A DNA stretch of 64,000 nt, from the NCBI GenBank assembly GCA_965368975.1, contig CBDUPA010000002.1:224001-288000 (forward strand), read 5' to 3'. The DNA is from an uncultured bacterium (lineage in GTDB: Bacteria; Acidobacteriota; Thermoanaerobaculia; Multivoradales; JAHZIX01). Below the pieces are notes generated by a model, which worked only from the letters and a program-made list of their open reading frames with translations, was not told where the DNA came from and ran no database searches. Positions 48,804-59,294 of the stretch are shown in pieces (the stretch's first letter is position 1; every line of letters begins with the position of its first letter). Both the position numbers and the translations under genes were made by a program.

Positions 48804-51101
48804 ATGACACCCCAGGACCTGTACCGTGCGGCCGGCACCGCCTTGAGCATCGCTCTCGTCGCCGGCTCCGTGGCCAGCCTCGCCCAACCGGCACCGGCGG
48901 CACCCGAACCAGCTGAGACCATGACAGCGGAGACGACGAGTACGACCGATCCGCAGGAGCCGAGCCGAGCCCAAGAACTTCAGGACGCGATCTACGAGCG
49001 TGTCAGTGTGGTGGGAGAGGGCGAGCGCGCCGAGCGCATTCCCGGCTCCGCTCGGCGCTTGAGCAGCGAGGATCTGGAGCTCCAGAAGTACTCGGATGTG
49101 CAGCGCGTGCTGCGTCAGATTCCGGGGGTCAACCTGCAGGACGAAGAAGGCTATGGCCTGCGCCCCAACATCGGCATCCGAGGCACCGGCGTGGAGCGGA
49201 GCCAGAAGATAACCGTGCTGGAAGACGGCGTGCTGATCGCCCCCGCACCCTACACGGCGCCTGCGGCGTACTACTTCCCGACGGTCGGGCGCATGCAGGC
49301 CGTGGAGGTACGCAAGGGCTCCGCGGCGATCCAGCAGGGTCCCTACACCAATGGAGGTGCCCTCAACCTGGTGTCGCGCCAGATCCCGACCGGCGGACTC
49401 GACGGCCATGTCGAAGCGGCGGCCGGTGGTGACGAAACCCGCCGCCTGCACGCCTACATCGGTGACTCGTACGATCGCTTCGGCTGGATGGTCGAGACCT
49501 ACCACCTGGAGACCGATGGCTTCAAGGATCTCGACGGAGGCGGCGACACCGGCTTCGACCTGCGCGACTACCTGGTCAAGCTGCAGTTGCACAGCGCGCC
49601 CGACGCGGCGCTCGAGCAGTACCTGGAACTCAAGCTCGGGCGCACCGAGCAGAGCGGCCACGAAACCTACCTCGGCCTGACCGAGAGCGACTTCCGCGCC
49701 GACCCGTTCCGCCGCTACGCCGCCTCGGCCGCCGACCGGATCGACGCCGAGCACGAGCAAATCCAGCTGCGCCACTTCGTGCGCTTGGGCGAGAACCTCG
49801 ACCTGACGACCACGGTCTACGCCAACGACTTCTACCGCGACTGGTTCAAGAACGAGCGGGTCGACGGCATCAGCAACGCGTCGATCCTGGCCGACCCACA
49901 GCGCTACGCCGAGCAGCTGGCCATCCTGCGCGGTGAGCGCGACAGCGCCGTCGGCGCCCTCACCTTGCGTCACAACCAGCGCGACTACCAGTCGCGCGGT
50001 GTCCAGTCGATGTTCACCTGGGCCTTGCACGCGGGGCGCACCGAGCACCAGCTGGAGATCGGTGTGCGCTATCACGAGGACGAGGAAGACCGATTCCAGC
50101 GCGACGATCTCTACCAGATTCTCGGCGGTGACCTGGTGCTCAGCCAGGCCGGCGCACCGGGTAGCCAGACCAACCGTCTGAGTGACGCTGAAGCCGTGGC
50201 GCTGTTCCTGCAGGACGAGATGCAGTTGGGCCGCTTCAACCTGACCACCGGCGTGCGCTTCGAGAGCATCGACTACGTGCGTCGCGACTACAGCACTTCC
50301 GACCCGACGCGCGAGCTCGGCCCGACGCGGGTGCGCCGCAACGGTGTCGACGTCGTGATCCCCGGGGTCGGCCTGGGGTATGAGCTGAGCGCTGCGAACT
50401 ATATGTTCCTGGGCGTCCACAAGGGCTTCTCACCGCCGGGTCCCGGCAGCAGCGAGGATACGCAGGAGGAAGAGAGCTGGAACTACGAACTCGGCTGGCG
50501 TCACAGCGCCGGACGCCTCAGCTTCGAGGCCATCGGCTTCTACAGCGACTACGACAACCTGCTCGGCCGCGAGACCGTCTCCGGCGGTGGTGATGCCGAC
50601 AGCGAGTTGTTCAACGGTGGCGCGGTCGAAGTGCGCGGACTCGAACTGTCTCTGCAGACCAGCTTCAACAACACCCACTTCGCCTTCCCACTACGTGCCG
50701 CCTACACCTGGACGCAGGCCGAATTCCAGAGCAGCTTCGCGACCAGCTTCGCCGACTGGGCACCCCGCGTCGACGTCGGCGACGAGCTGCCGTACCTGCC
50801 GCAGCATCAGTTCAGCCTGGGTACCGGCATCGTGGCCGCCAACTGGGGGCTGCACCTGGACGTCAACTTCGTCGCCGAGACCCGGGCACGCGCCGGTTCG
50901 GGGCCGATTCCGGCTGATCAGCGGATCGACGATCGAGTGCTCTTCGACCTGTCAGCGGACTACACCCTCTTCGAACACTTCAAGGTTTTCGCCCAGCTGC
51001 GCAACGTGACCGACGAGACCTACATCGTCGCCCGGCGTCCCTACGGTGTCCGCCCCGGTCTGCCCCGCACGCTGATGGTGGGCCTGTCCTTCGACTTCTG
51101 A
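48804..51101 (+). CDS. TonB-dependent receptor (FecA-like)
   Basis: Signal peptide, plug IPGVNLQDEEGYGLRPNIGIRG, VEVRKGSAAIQQG, C-terminal GLPRT...SFDF. Confidence 0.92.
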   Translation: MTPQDLYRAAGTALSIALVAGSVASLAQPAPAAPEPAETMTAETTSTTDPQEPSRAQELQDAIYERVSVVGEGERAERIPGSARRLSSEDLELQKYSDVQRVLRQIPGVNLQDEEGYGLRPNIGIRGTGVERSQKITVLEDGVLIAPAPYTAPAAYYFPTVGRMQAVEVRKGSAAIQQGPYTNGGALNLVSRQIPTGGLDGHVEAAAGGDETRRLHAYIGDSYDRFGWMVETYHLETDGFKDLDGGGDTGFDLRDYLVKLQLHSAPDAALEQYLELKLGRTEQSGHETYLGLTESDFRADPFRRYAASAADRIDAEHEQIQLRHFVRLGENLDLTTTVYANDFYRDWFKNERVDGISNASILADPQRYAEQLAILRGERDSAVGALTLRHNQRDYQSRGVQSMFTWALHAGRTEHQLEIGVRYHEDEEDRFQRDDLYQILGGDLVLSQAGAPGSQTNRLSDAEAVALFLQDEMQLGRFNLTTGVRFESIDYVRRDYSTSDPTRELGPTRVRRNGVDVVIPGVGLGYELSAANYMFLGVHKGFSPPGPGSSEDTQEEESWNYELGWRHSAGRLSFEAIGFYSDYDNLLGRETVSGGGDADSELFNGGAVEVRGLELSLQTSFNNTHFAFPLRAAYTWTQAEFQSSFATSFADWAPRVDVGDELPYLPQHQFSLGTGIVAANWGLHLDVNFVAETRARAGSGPIPADQRIDDRVLFDLSADYTLFEHFKVFAQLRNVTDETYIVARRPYGVRPGLPRTLMVGLSFDF

Positions 51102-51108
51102 TCGCTTC

Positions 51109-51147
51109 CTTTCCAACTGGCTTTCTCGACTGGCCTTTCCCGACTGG
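51109..51147. repeat. Degenerate 12-14 bp tandem repeat, 3 copies, intergenic
   Basis: CTTTCCAACTGG / CTTTCTCGACTGG / CCTTTCCCGACTGG. Confidence 0.6.
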
Positions 51148-51159
51148 AGTGACTCGACC

Positions 51160-52209
51160 ATGACTCGTACTTCCGTAACCTCCCGCCCCTCGTTCCTCGC
51201 CCTCGCTGCCACCCTGGCGGCCATGCTGCTGACCAGCCTGCTCGCTTGCGGGCAAGCGCCAGCTCCCTCGAGCGACGAGGCTGAAGCCACGACGCTGGTC
51301 GTCTACTCCGGCCGCAATGAGAACCTCGTCGGTCCGCTGCTGAACACCTTCGAGGAGCAGAGCGGCATCACCGTCGAGGTCCGCTACGGCGGCACCGCCG
51401 AACTGGCCGCGGCGCTGCTCGAAGAGGGAGCTGCGACACCCGCTGACGTCTACATCTCGCAAGACGCCGCGGCGCTCGGCAAGCTGTCCGCCGCCGGCAT
51501 GCTGCAGGCCTTGCCCGGCGAAATCCTGGAGCGCATTCCCGCCCGCTTCACCTCGCCCCAAGGCGCCTGGATAGGCTTGTCCGGCCGCGCACGCACACTG
51601 GTCTACAACACCGAGCGCATGACCGTCGACGAGCTGCCCAAGACGCTGGCGGAGGTCGCCGACGAGCGCTTCCTCGGCCGCTTCGGCATCGCGCCGACCA
51701 ACGCCTCCCTGCAGGCGCACCTGGCGGTCTACGCTGCCGAACACGGTAGCGATGCCCTGGCCGAGGTGTTGCAAGGAATCGCTGACAACGAGCCGCAGTT
51801 CTACCCCAAGAACACGCCGATCGTCGAAGCCGTGATCAACGGTGAGATCGACTTCGGCTTGGTCAATCACTACTACCTGTGGCGCGCCTTGCAGGCTCGG
51901 CCCGATGCGCCGGCCGCCAACCACTTCCCGGAAACGGACGGCTTCGTCAACGTCGCTGGCGCCGGCATTCTGGAGGGCACCGAACAGCGCGATGCCGCCG
52001 AACAACTCCTGCGCTTCCTGGTCTCCGACTCGGCACAGCAGTACTTCGCACAGGAGACCTTCGAGTACCCGCTGGCCGAGGGCATCCTGCCGGCCGCCGA
52101 GCTGCCAGCGATTGAAACTGTCGCCTCGCCGGCGGTCGATTTCCGCCAGGTCGCCGAACTGCTCGAGAACGCGCAGACGCAGCTACGGGACAGCGGCCTG
52201 CTCCCTTGA
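51160..52209 (+). CDS. Fe(III) ABC transporter substrate-binding lipoprotein (FbpA/FutA type)
   Basis: Lipobox LLA-C, VVYSGR, GLSGRAR, NHYY tandem Tyr iron ligands, EYPL. Confidence 0.9.
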   Translation: MTRTSVTSRPSFLALAATLAAMLLTSLLACGQAPAPSSDEAEATTLVVYSGRNENLVGPLLNTFEEQSGITVEVRYGGTAELAAALLEEGAATPADVYISQDAAALGKLSAAGMLQALPGEILERIPARFTSPQGAWIGLSGRARTLVYNTERMTVDELPKTLAEVADERFLGRFGIAPTNASLQAHLAVYAAEHGSDALAEVLQGIADNEPQFYPKNTPIVEAVINGEIDFGLVNHYYLWRALQARPDAPAANHFPETDGFVNVAGAGILEGTEQRDAAEQLLRFLVSDSAQQYFAQETFEYPLAEGILPAAELPAIETVASPAVDFRQVAELLENAQTQLRDSGLLP

Positions 52210-52219
52210 TCGCCCCATC

Positions 52220-53830
52220 ATGATCAGGTTGTCGACGCAGCCGTGGCGCTGGGCCATCGCCGTTCCCGCGACGCTGGTCGCGGCGCTGGTCCTCGTGCCG
52301 CTGGCCTATGTCTTTCTGCGTGCCGGTGAAGCCGGCTGGTCGACGTATCTCGACCACGTCCTCGCTGCCGGCACCGGCCGGCTGCTGAGCCAGACGCTGC
52401 TGTTGATCGCCGGTGTCCTGACGCTGGCCCTACTGGTCGCAGTGCCGCTCGCCTGGCTGGTCGCGCGCACCGACCTGCCGGGCCGACGCCTGTGGGCCGT
52501 GCTCGCCGCGCTGCCACTGGTGTTCCCATCCTATGTCGCCGCCTTCACGCTAGTGGCGGCGCTGGGCCCGCGGGGCTACGCACAAGGCTGGCTGGCGCCG
52601 CTCGGGGTCGATCGACTGCCGCCGTGGATCTACGGCTACACAGGAGCGCTGCTGGCCCTGGCGATGTTCACCTATCCATACATCTACCTGCTACTCGTCT
52701 CCGCCCTGCGCGGCTTGGACCCAGCCTACGAAGAGAGTGCTCGGGCCTGTGGCCACGGCCGCTGGCGCGCCTTTTTCCAGATCGTCCTGCCGCAGCTGCG
52801 CCCGGCCCTCTACAGCGGCGGCCTGCTGGTGGTGCTCTACACCATCTCGGACTTCGGTGCCGTCTCGATCACGCGCTACAACACCTTCACCGTGTCGATC
52901 TACAACGCCTATCAGGCCATGTTCGACCGCACCGCCGCCGCCGCGCTGGCCAGCGTGCTGGTGCTGATCAGCCTCGGTTTCCTGGCCCTGGAAGCCGGCC
53001 TGCTGCGACGCGTGCGGCCCGTGCTGCGTCGGCCGGCACGACGTGCCACGCCCGTGCCGCTGGGTCCTTGGCGTCTACCTTCCTTGTTCTTTGCCGGTGC
53101 CGTCGCCAGCTTCAGCGTGTTGTTGCCGATCGCGGTGATCGGTTACTGGGTGGTGCAGGTCTGGCTCGGCGGAACCACGACCGTCCTGCTCAGCAGCAAC
53201 CATCTCGACGTCACCGACGAGGCGCTGCGCTCGCTACTGGTGTCATCGCTCGCAGCTGGGGCGTCCGTGCTCCTCGCGGTTCCGGTCGCCGTCTGGGCCG
53301 TACGCTGGCGCAGTCGTCCGGCGCGCCTGGTCGAGCGCCTCGCCTCCACCGGCTACGCATTGCCCGGCCTGGTCATCGCGCTGTCCCTGGTCTTCTTCGG
53401 CGCGCGCTACGCCCGGCCGCTCTACCAGACGCTCACCCTCTTGGTGGTGGCTTACGTCATCCGCTTCCTTCCCGAGGCTCTGGCCGCGACGCGCTCCGCC
53501 CTGCTCGCCATCTCACCGCGCTTCGAAGAAGCCGCCCGCAGCCTTGGCCGTGGTGGCTTCACGGTGCTACGCACCCTCACCCTGCCACTCATGCGCCGAG
53601 GCCTGTTGGCGGGCGCCGGATTGGTCTTCCTGACGGCCATGAAGGAACTGCCCGCGACTCTGCTGCTGCGCCCGATCGGCTTCGACACCCTGGCCGTGCG
53701 CATCTGGACCGACGCCTCCGAAGGTATCTATGCCGCGGCAGCGATTCCGTCGCTGCTCTTGGTGCTGGTCTCCGCGCCGCCGGTCTACTTCCTGGTCATT
53801 CGTCCGGCGCTGGCCGAACGCCACAGCTGA
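52220..53830 (+). CDS. Fe(III) ABC transporter permease (FbpB type)
   Basis: Duplicated permease with two EAA loops (EESARACG, EEAARSLG), KELPATLLLRP. Confidence 0.92.
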   Translation: MIRLSTQPWRWAIAVPATLVAALVLVPLAYVFLRAGEAGWSTYLDHVLAAGTGRLLSQTLLLIAGVLTLALLVAVPLAWLVARTDLPGRRLWAVLAALPLVFPSYVAAFTLVAALGPRGYAQGWLAPLGVDRLPPWIYGYTGALLALAMFTYPYIYLLLVSALRGLDPAYEESARACGHGRWRAFFQIVLPQLRPALYSGGLLVVLYTISDFGAVSITRYNTFTVSIYNAYQAMFDRTAAAALASVLVLISLGFLALEAGLLRRVRPVLRRPARRATPVPLGPWRLPSLFFAGAVASFSVLLPIAVIGYWVVQVWLGGTTTVLLSSNHLDVTDEALRSLLVSSLAAGASVLLAVPVAVWAVRWRSRPARLVERLASTGYALPGLVIALSLVFFGARYARPLYQTLTLLVVAYVIRFLPEALAATRSALLAISPRFEEAARSLGRGGFTVLRTLTLPLMRRGLLAGAGLVFLTAMKELPATLLLRPIGFDTLAVRIWTDASEGIYAAAAIPSLLLVLVSAPPVYFLVIRPALAERHS

Positions 53831-53840
53831 AAGGCGAAGC

Positions 53841-54935
53841 ATGCGAGAGCACGTGCCCACCCCGCCCCACATCCTGCAAGTCAGGGACCTGATCGTGCGC
53901 TACGGCGAGGAAGTCGCCGTCAACGGTGTCGATCTCGACCTGCCTCAGGGCCGGCTCCTTGCGCTGCTCGGGGCCAGCGGCTGCGGCAAGACCAGCCTGC
54001 TGCGGGCCATCGCCGGCTTCGAGTCCCCTACCGCCGGCACCATCGACATCGACGGTCGCCGGGTGTTCGACAACGGGACCAATCTGCGTGCCGAGAAGCG
54101 CAACGTCGGCATGGTATTCCAGGAAGGTGCCCTCTTCCCGCACATGACGGTGTGGCAGAACGTCTGCTACGGCGTCAAAGGTCAAGACGATGCCGAAGAC
54201 CGTGGTGGGGAAGCACTCGAACTCGTCGGGCTCACAGACTACCGCCACCGCTATCCGGACGAACTCTCCGGCGGTCAGCAACAACGCGTCGCCCTCGCCC
54301 GTGCCCTGGCACCGTCACCGAGCATCGTGCTGCTGGATGAACCCTTCGCCAATCTCGACGCTACCCTGCGCCAGCGCGTGCGTGAGCAGGTCCGCGACAT
54401 CCTCGAAGCCGCCGGTACCACCTCGATCCTGGTCACCCACGACCAGGAAGAAGCGCTGAGCGTCGCCGAGCTGGTCGCCGTCATGGTCAGCGGCCGCATC
54501 CGCCAGGTCGGAACCCCGGAAGAGATCTACCACCAGCCCGCGAGCCTCGACGTCGCGACCTTCGTCGGCGAAGGCCAGCTTGTGGCGTGCGACGTCCGCG
54601 ATGGGATCGCCCATTGCCGCTTCGGCTCAGTTCCCACCGTCGAAGGGGCACCCACGGTCGAGGCGACGGACGGCCCCGGACACCTCTTTGTGCGTCCTGA
54701 AGATCTGAGGGTCCTGCCTGCCGATCACCCCGAGGGCGCTCACGGCAAAGTCGTGCGGCGCCGCTTCTTTGGCCACGACCTGCTGGACGATGTCGAGCTG
54801 GAAGTGTCGAGCGGGACGGGCGAGGCCGCGAGGATCCAGGTACGACAGCTGTCGTCCAGTAGCTGTGCCACTGGCGTCCCGGTGCGGATCTGTCTGCGCG
54901 AGAAGCCGTTCCGGATCTTTCCGTCCGCGTCTTGA
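53841..54935 (+). CDS. Fe(III) ABC transporter ATP-binding protein (FbpC type)
   Basis: GASGCGKT, LSGGQQQR, LLDEPF, VTHD. Confidence 0.93.
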   Translation: MREHVPTPPHILQVRDLIVRYGEEVAVNGVDLDLPQGRLLALLGASGCGKTSLLRAIAGFESPTAGTIDIDGRRVFDNGTNLRAEKRNVGMVFQEGALFPHMTVWQNVCYGVKGQDDAEDRGGEALELVGLTDYRHRYPDELSGGQQQRVALARALAPSPSIVLLDEPFANLDATLRQRVREQVRDILEAAGTTSILVTHDQEEALSVAELVAVMVSGRIRQVGTPEEIYHQPASLDVATFVGEGQLVACDVRDGIAHCRFGSVPTVEGAPTVEATDGPGHLFVRPEDLRVLPADHPEGAHGKVVRRRFFGHDLLDDVELEVSSGTGEAARIQVRQLSSSSCATGVPVRICLREKPFRIFPSAS

Positions 54936-55038
54936 CAGCTCCCGGTACTTCGGACAAGCTCGCCCCCTGTGCCTGCGAGCACTCGAAACCGGACCGTAAT
55001 GCCGGTCATCCCACCCAACATCGAAGGAGATCCCATCC

Positions 55039-55278
55039 ATGCGCGAGAAAGATCGCCAGTTGCGCCGTCGGCGCCAGCGTCGCCGTAAGCGTTTGAAGGA
55101 CCAGGCTCGGGAACTGCGCCAGCAGCTCGAGAGCAAGGCGCAGTCGAGCGCCAAGGCCAGCAAGCCCGCGGCCAAGAAGACGACCGCCAAGAGCACCGCC
55201 AAGAAAGCCGCTACCAAGAAGACAGAAGAGAAGGTAGAGGCCGAGAAGACCGAAGAGAAGGCCGAGGCGGAGGGCTGA
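55039..55278 (+). CDS. Small basic protein (Arg-rich N-terminus, Lys/Ala-rich histone-like middle, acidic tail)
   Basis: AAGGAG RBS; MREKDRQLRRRRQRRRKRLK...PAAKKTTAKSTAKKAATKK...EEKAEAEG. Confidence 0.7.
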   Translation: MREKDRQLRRRRQRRRKRLKDQARELRQQLESKAQSSAKASKPAAKKTTAKSTAKKAATKKTEEKVEAEKTEEKAEAEG

Positions 55279-55282
55279 GACC

Positions 55283-55741
55283 ATGCGCATCGCGCTCGGT
55301 GCGGACCACGCCGGCCTACCGATGAAGGACCACCTGCGCGACTATCTGGAAGCGCACGGGCACAGTATCGACGACGTCGGCACTCACTCCGCCGACAGCA
55401 CCGACTATCCAGACTACGCGGGCGAGGTCGCCCGCCGTGTGGTCAGCAGCGCCGCGGACCGGGGTTTGCTGGTCTGCGGCAGCGGCGTCGGCATGGCGAT
55501 CGCCGCCAACAAAGTCGACGGAGCGCGCGCTGCCAACTGCTTCTCGGCCGAGATCTGTGCGCTGGCGCGGGCTCACAATGACGCCAACATCCTCACGCTC
55601 GGCGGTCGCTTCCTGAGCGAAGCCGAAGCGGAGGACATCGTGCATGCTTTCCTCGACACGCCCTTCGAAGGCGGGCGCCACCAGCGGCGTGTCGACAAGA
55701 TCTCGGCGCTCGAGCATTCGGCACTGGAGGAAGCGACCTGA
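55283..55741 (+). CDS. rpiB: Ribose-5-phosphate isomerase B
   Basis: [37 protein letters not shown]. Confidence 0.96.
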   Translation: MRIALGADHAGLPMKDHLRDYLEAHGHSIDDVGTHSADSTDYPDYAGEVARRVVSSAADRGLLVCGSGVGMAIAANKVDGARAANCFSAEICALARAHNDANILTLGGRFLSEAEAEDIVHAFLDTPFEGGRHQRRVDKISALEHSALEEAT

Positions 55742-56982
55742 TGGCCATCGATCTGCTGCGTAACGCCGACCCGGAAATCTTCGAAGCGATCGAGAACGAG
55801 CGCCGGCGTCAGAACGACGGGCTGGAACTGATCGCGTCGGAGAATTTCGCCAGCCGCGAGGTGATGGCGGCCACCGGTTGCGTGATGACGAACAAGTACG
55901 CCGAGGGCTACCCTGGCCGCCGCTACTACGGTGGCTGCGGGTTCGTCGACGTCGCCGAGCGGTTGGCGATCGCACGCGCCAAAGAACTCTTCGGCGCCGA
56001 GCACGCCAACGTGCAGCCGCACAGCGGCACCAGCGCCAACATGGCGGTGTACTTTGCCATGCTCAAGCCGGGCGACACGCTGATGGGCATGGACCTTTCG
56101 TGCGGCGGTCACCTGACGCACGGCCACCACCTCAGCTACTCGGGTCGCGACTTCAAGGTGGTTAGCTACGGAGTCGACAAAGAGACCGAGCTGATCGACT
56201 ACGACGAGGTCGAGCGGCTGGCTCTCGAGCACCGGCCACGGCTGATCGTCTGCGGCGCCAGTGCCTACAGTCGCGTCATCGACTTCGCCCGCTTCCGTGC
56301 CATCGCCGACGAAGTGGGCGCGCTGCTGATGGCAGACATCGCGCACATCGCCGGCCTAGTCGCAGCCGGTGAGCATCCGTCACCGGTGCCGCACGCCGAC
56401 TTCGTCACCACGACGACGCACAAAACGTTGCGCGGTCCGCGCGGCGGCTTGATCCTATGCAGGAAAGAGCATGCCAAAGTACTCAACCGCGCCCTCTTCC
56501 CTGGCCTCCAGGGAGGCCCACTGATGCACGTGATCGCGGCCAAGGCGGTAGCCTTCAAGGAGGCGCTGCAGCCGGCGTTCAAGACCTATCAGCAGCAGAT
56601 CCGCGCCAATGCCCATCGTCTCGCTGAACGACTGCAGGAGCTGGGGCACCGGATCGTTTCCGGCGGTACGGACAACCACGTCCTGCTACTTGACGTCGCG
56701 GCCTCCGGCACCACCGGCAAGGTCGCCGAGCAGGCGCTAGAAGCCTCGGCGATCACGGTCAACAAGAACACCATCCCCTTCGACCCGAATCCGCCACTGG
56801 TCGCCTCGGGCGTCCGGCTGGGTACCCCGGCGCTGACCACGCGCGGCATGAAGGAGCCCGAGATGGCGCGCGTCGCGGAGTTGATCGCGGAAGTGCTGCG
56901 GGACCCCGAGTCCGAGACGGTACACACCGAGGTGCGCGAGAAGGTCAAGGCGTTGACGGCAGCCTTCCCGCTATACGAGTGA
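55741..56982 (+). CDS. glyA: Serine hydroxymethyltransferase
   Basis: [43 protein letters not shown]. Confidence 0.97.
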   Translation: MAIDLLRNADPEIFEAIENERRRQNDGLELIASENFASREVMAATGCVMTNKYAEGYPGRRYYGGCGFVDVAERLAIARAKELFGAEHANVQPHSGTSANMAVYFAMLKPGDTLMGMDLSCGGHLTHGHHLSYSGRDFKVVSYGVDKETELIDYDEVERLALEHRPRLIVCGASAYSRVIDFARFRAIADEVGALLMADIAHIAGLVAAGEHPSPVPHADFVTTTTHKTLRGPRGGLILCRKEHAKVLNRALFPGLQGGPLMHVIAAKAVAFKEALQPAFKTYQQQIRANAHRLAERLQELGHRIVSGGTDNHVLLLDVAASGTTGKVAEQALEASAITVNKNTIPFDPNPPLVASGVRLGTPALTTRGMKEPEMARVAELIAEVLRDPESETVHTEVREKVKALTAAFPLYE

Positions 56983-56987
56983 ACACC

Positions 56988-57719
56988 CTACATCTCGACG
57001 ATCTTCTCCGCCGGAATCCCCACCCGTAGCGCCGCCGCCGCCGCCTCGACGGCTTTCTCGTCCTGACCATCGACGGTCAGCTTGGTGTCGTAGGGGATAT
57101 CGCGGCCCCACAGAGGGTAACTGCCGAGGCTGACCTGTGGGTACGCCGCAGCCACCTCTTCGAGCAGGTGGACCAGCTCGGCTTCGTCGCAGCGCGTGTA
57201 GATGGCGCGGCTGAGGAAGGGCTTGCCGGCCCCCAGGTGGCGCCGAATAGCGGGAATCTTGAGCCGGAAAATCTCCGGCAAACCGGGTAGCACGAAGACG
57301 TTGCCGACCAGCACGGTAGGCCAGGGGCTGTCACCGTCGCTGATCAGTTCGCTGCCGGCTGGTAGGTCGGCCATCCGTAGGTGGGCTTCGGTCAACTTGT
57401 CGCCGAAATGGTCCGCCAGCAGCTGTGTCAGCGCCGGAGCGCGCTCGATCGGGCGCTCGAAGCTCTGCGCCACCGCTCGGATGGTGACGTCATCTAGCGT
57501 CGGACCGACGCCACCGCTGGTGAAAACGAAGTTGAAGGCAATGCGCAACGCGGTCAGATCGCGCGCGATCGCCTCGGTATCGTCCTCACAGATCACCACG
57601 CGCTGCAGCTTTACGCCGAGCCGAAACAACTCACGGCCCAGGTGCGCCAGGTTGGCTTCCTGGACCTTGCCGGTGAGGATTTCGTTGCCGATGATCAAGG
57701 CTGCGGCGGTACGCGTCAT
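56988..57719 (-). CDS. CinA-like molybdopterin-binding domain protein
   Basis: IIGNEILTG, TSGGVGPTLDDVT, LPGLP, LGSYP. Confidence 0.85.
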   Translation of the reverse strand: MTRTAAALIIGNEILTGKVQEANLAHLGRELFRLGVKLQRVVICEDDTEAIARDLTALRIAFNFVFTSGGVGPTLDDVTIRAVAQSFERPIERAPALTQLLADHFGDKLTEAHLRMADLPAGSELISDGDSPWPTVLVGNVFVLPGLPEIFRLKIPAIRRHLGAGKPFLSRAIYTRCDEAELVHLLEEVAAAYPQVSLGSYPLWGRDIPYDTKLTVDGQDEKAVEAAAAALRVGIPAEKIVEM

Positions 57720-57749
57720 GGTCCATGGATCCTACCGCAGTACAGCTGT

Positions 57750-59054
57750 TCAGTCCCGCTCCAGTACCATCGAGAAACCATGCCCGCCGGCCGCGCAGAT
57801 GGAGATGAAGCCGAGACCGTGACCTTGACGCGCCATCTCGTGCGCACACTGGCTGATCACGCGGGCACCGGTGGCACCGAAAGGGTGACCGACGGCGATC
57901 GAGCCGCCATTGGGGTTGAGCTTGTCGCGGTCGACCTCGTCGATCAGCGGACCGTCGAGGCCCAGCTGGCGACCAAACTCGACGCTCTCGAAGCGCTGTA
58001 GGGTGGCTAGCACCTGGGCTGCGAAGGCCTCGTGCATCTCGATCAGGTCCATGTCCGCCAGCTTCAGACCACCGGCACGCTGCAGGGCGACGGGCGCCGA
58101 GTAGGTCGGGCCGAGCAGCAGGTGCTCGGTCTGCAGATCGACCGCGGCCATGGCGTAGGAGCGGATGTAGGCGAGCGGCTCGTAACCCATGGCTTTGGCG
58201 CGTTCTTCACTCATCAGCAGCACGGCGGCGGCGCCATCGGTCAGCGGGCTGGAGTTGCCGGCGGTGAGGGTGCCGTACTTGCGGTCGAACACGGGCCGTA
58301 GCTTGCCCAGCTTCTCGAGGCTGGTGTCGCTACGGATGTCGGTGTCCTGCTCCAGGGTCTCGTCGAAGCGCGGCTGCAGCGATACTGGCACCACCTCACC
58401 TTGCATGCGGCCCTCGGTAAAAGCAGCGGCGGAGCGGCGGTGACTCTCGAGCGTCCAGGCGTCCTGGTCTTCGCGAGAGACGTGCATGTCCTTGGCCATG
58501 ATCTCGGCACTCTCACCCATGGACAGCCCCGTGGTTGGCTCGGCGATGCCGGGCGATTCCGGCTTCAGGTCGGACAGCTTGAAGCCCTTGAACGCGGCCA
58601 GGCTTTGCCCCAGACTCTTGGCGCGACCGGCCTTCTGCAGCATGTGGGTGACCTTCTTGGACCACAACGCCTGCGCCTCGGACATGCTCTCGGCGCCACC
58701 AGCAATGACCACGTCGGCATGGCCGAGGGCGATCTCGCTGGCACCGTCGATCACGGCGCGGGCACCGGAGGCACAGTAAAGCTGCACGGTCACCGCCGGA
58801 ACTTGCGGTGGCAACGCGGTGCGGAAGACGACTTCGCGACCGATGTGCGGACCATGCGGCGTCGCCGCGACGCAGCCGAAATACAGCTGCTCGACCTCTT
58901 TCGGGTCGAGGTCGGCGGCGCGTAGCAGACCTCGGACGGCATGACCACCGAGGTCGGCGGCACCCAACTGCTTGTAGGCGGTCCAAGCCCGGGCGAAGGG
59001 GGTCCGCATGCCATCTACGATGGCCACTCGACGACCGGTGTCAGCAAAGCTCAT
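57750..59054 (-). CDS. fadI: Acetyl-CoA C-acyltransferase (FadI / TFE-beta type thiolase)
   Basis: RTPF, LYCASG, GGAESMS, TAGNSSPLTDGA, HEAFAAQ, GHPFGATG, CAAGG. Confidence 0.9.
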   Translation of the reverse strand: MSFADTGRRVAIVDGMRTPFARAWTAYKQLGAADLGGHAVRGLLRAADLDPKEVEQLYFGCVAATPHGPHIGREVVFRTALPPQVPAVTVQLYCASGARAVIDGASEIALGHADVVIAGGAESMSEAQALWSKKVTHMLQKAGRAKSLGQSLAAFKGFKLSDLKPESPGIAEPTTGLSMGESAEIMAKDMHVSREDQDAWTLESHRRSAAAFTEGRMQGEVVPVSLQPRFDETLEQDTDIRSDTSLEKLGKLRPVFDRKYGTLTAGNSSPLTDGAAAVLLMSEERAKAMGYEPLAYIRSYAMAAVDLQTEHLLLGPTYSAPVALQRAGGLKLADMDLIEMHEAFAAQVLATLQRFESVEFGRQLGLDGPLIDEVDRDKLNPNGGSIAVGHPFGATGARVISQCAHEMARQGHGLGFISICAAGGHGFSMVLERD

Positions 59055-59294
59055 GTCTGGTTCCTCCAGGGTTGCCGCATCTCTTGCCGCAGCGCGGCGT
59101 ATCCGTGCGACCCCCATCATACCTAAAAGCCAGGACTTGCCAAGAGGTCCGCCGCAGTCAGTAGTTCTCGGAGTGCTCGCCCGACACGGATTTCTTGACA
59201 CACTGCGGCAAGGCTCCTTACGATGGAGTTCTTGCCCCGGGTGACTCCGCCCCCCAACGACCGCCGACAAGCACCCAGATGAAGGAGCGCGACC

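Noticed and set aside
48780-53892. Long alternative ORFs (546, 341, 466 aa) over the iron-uptake genes
   Set aside because: Antisense or off-frame shadows of the TBDR and ABC genes, with Arg/Ala/Gly-biased low-information sequence.
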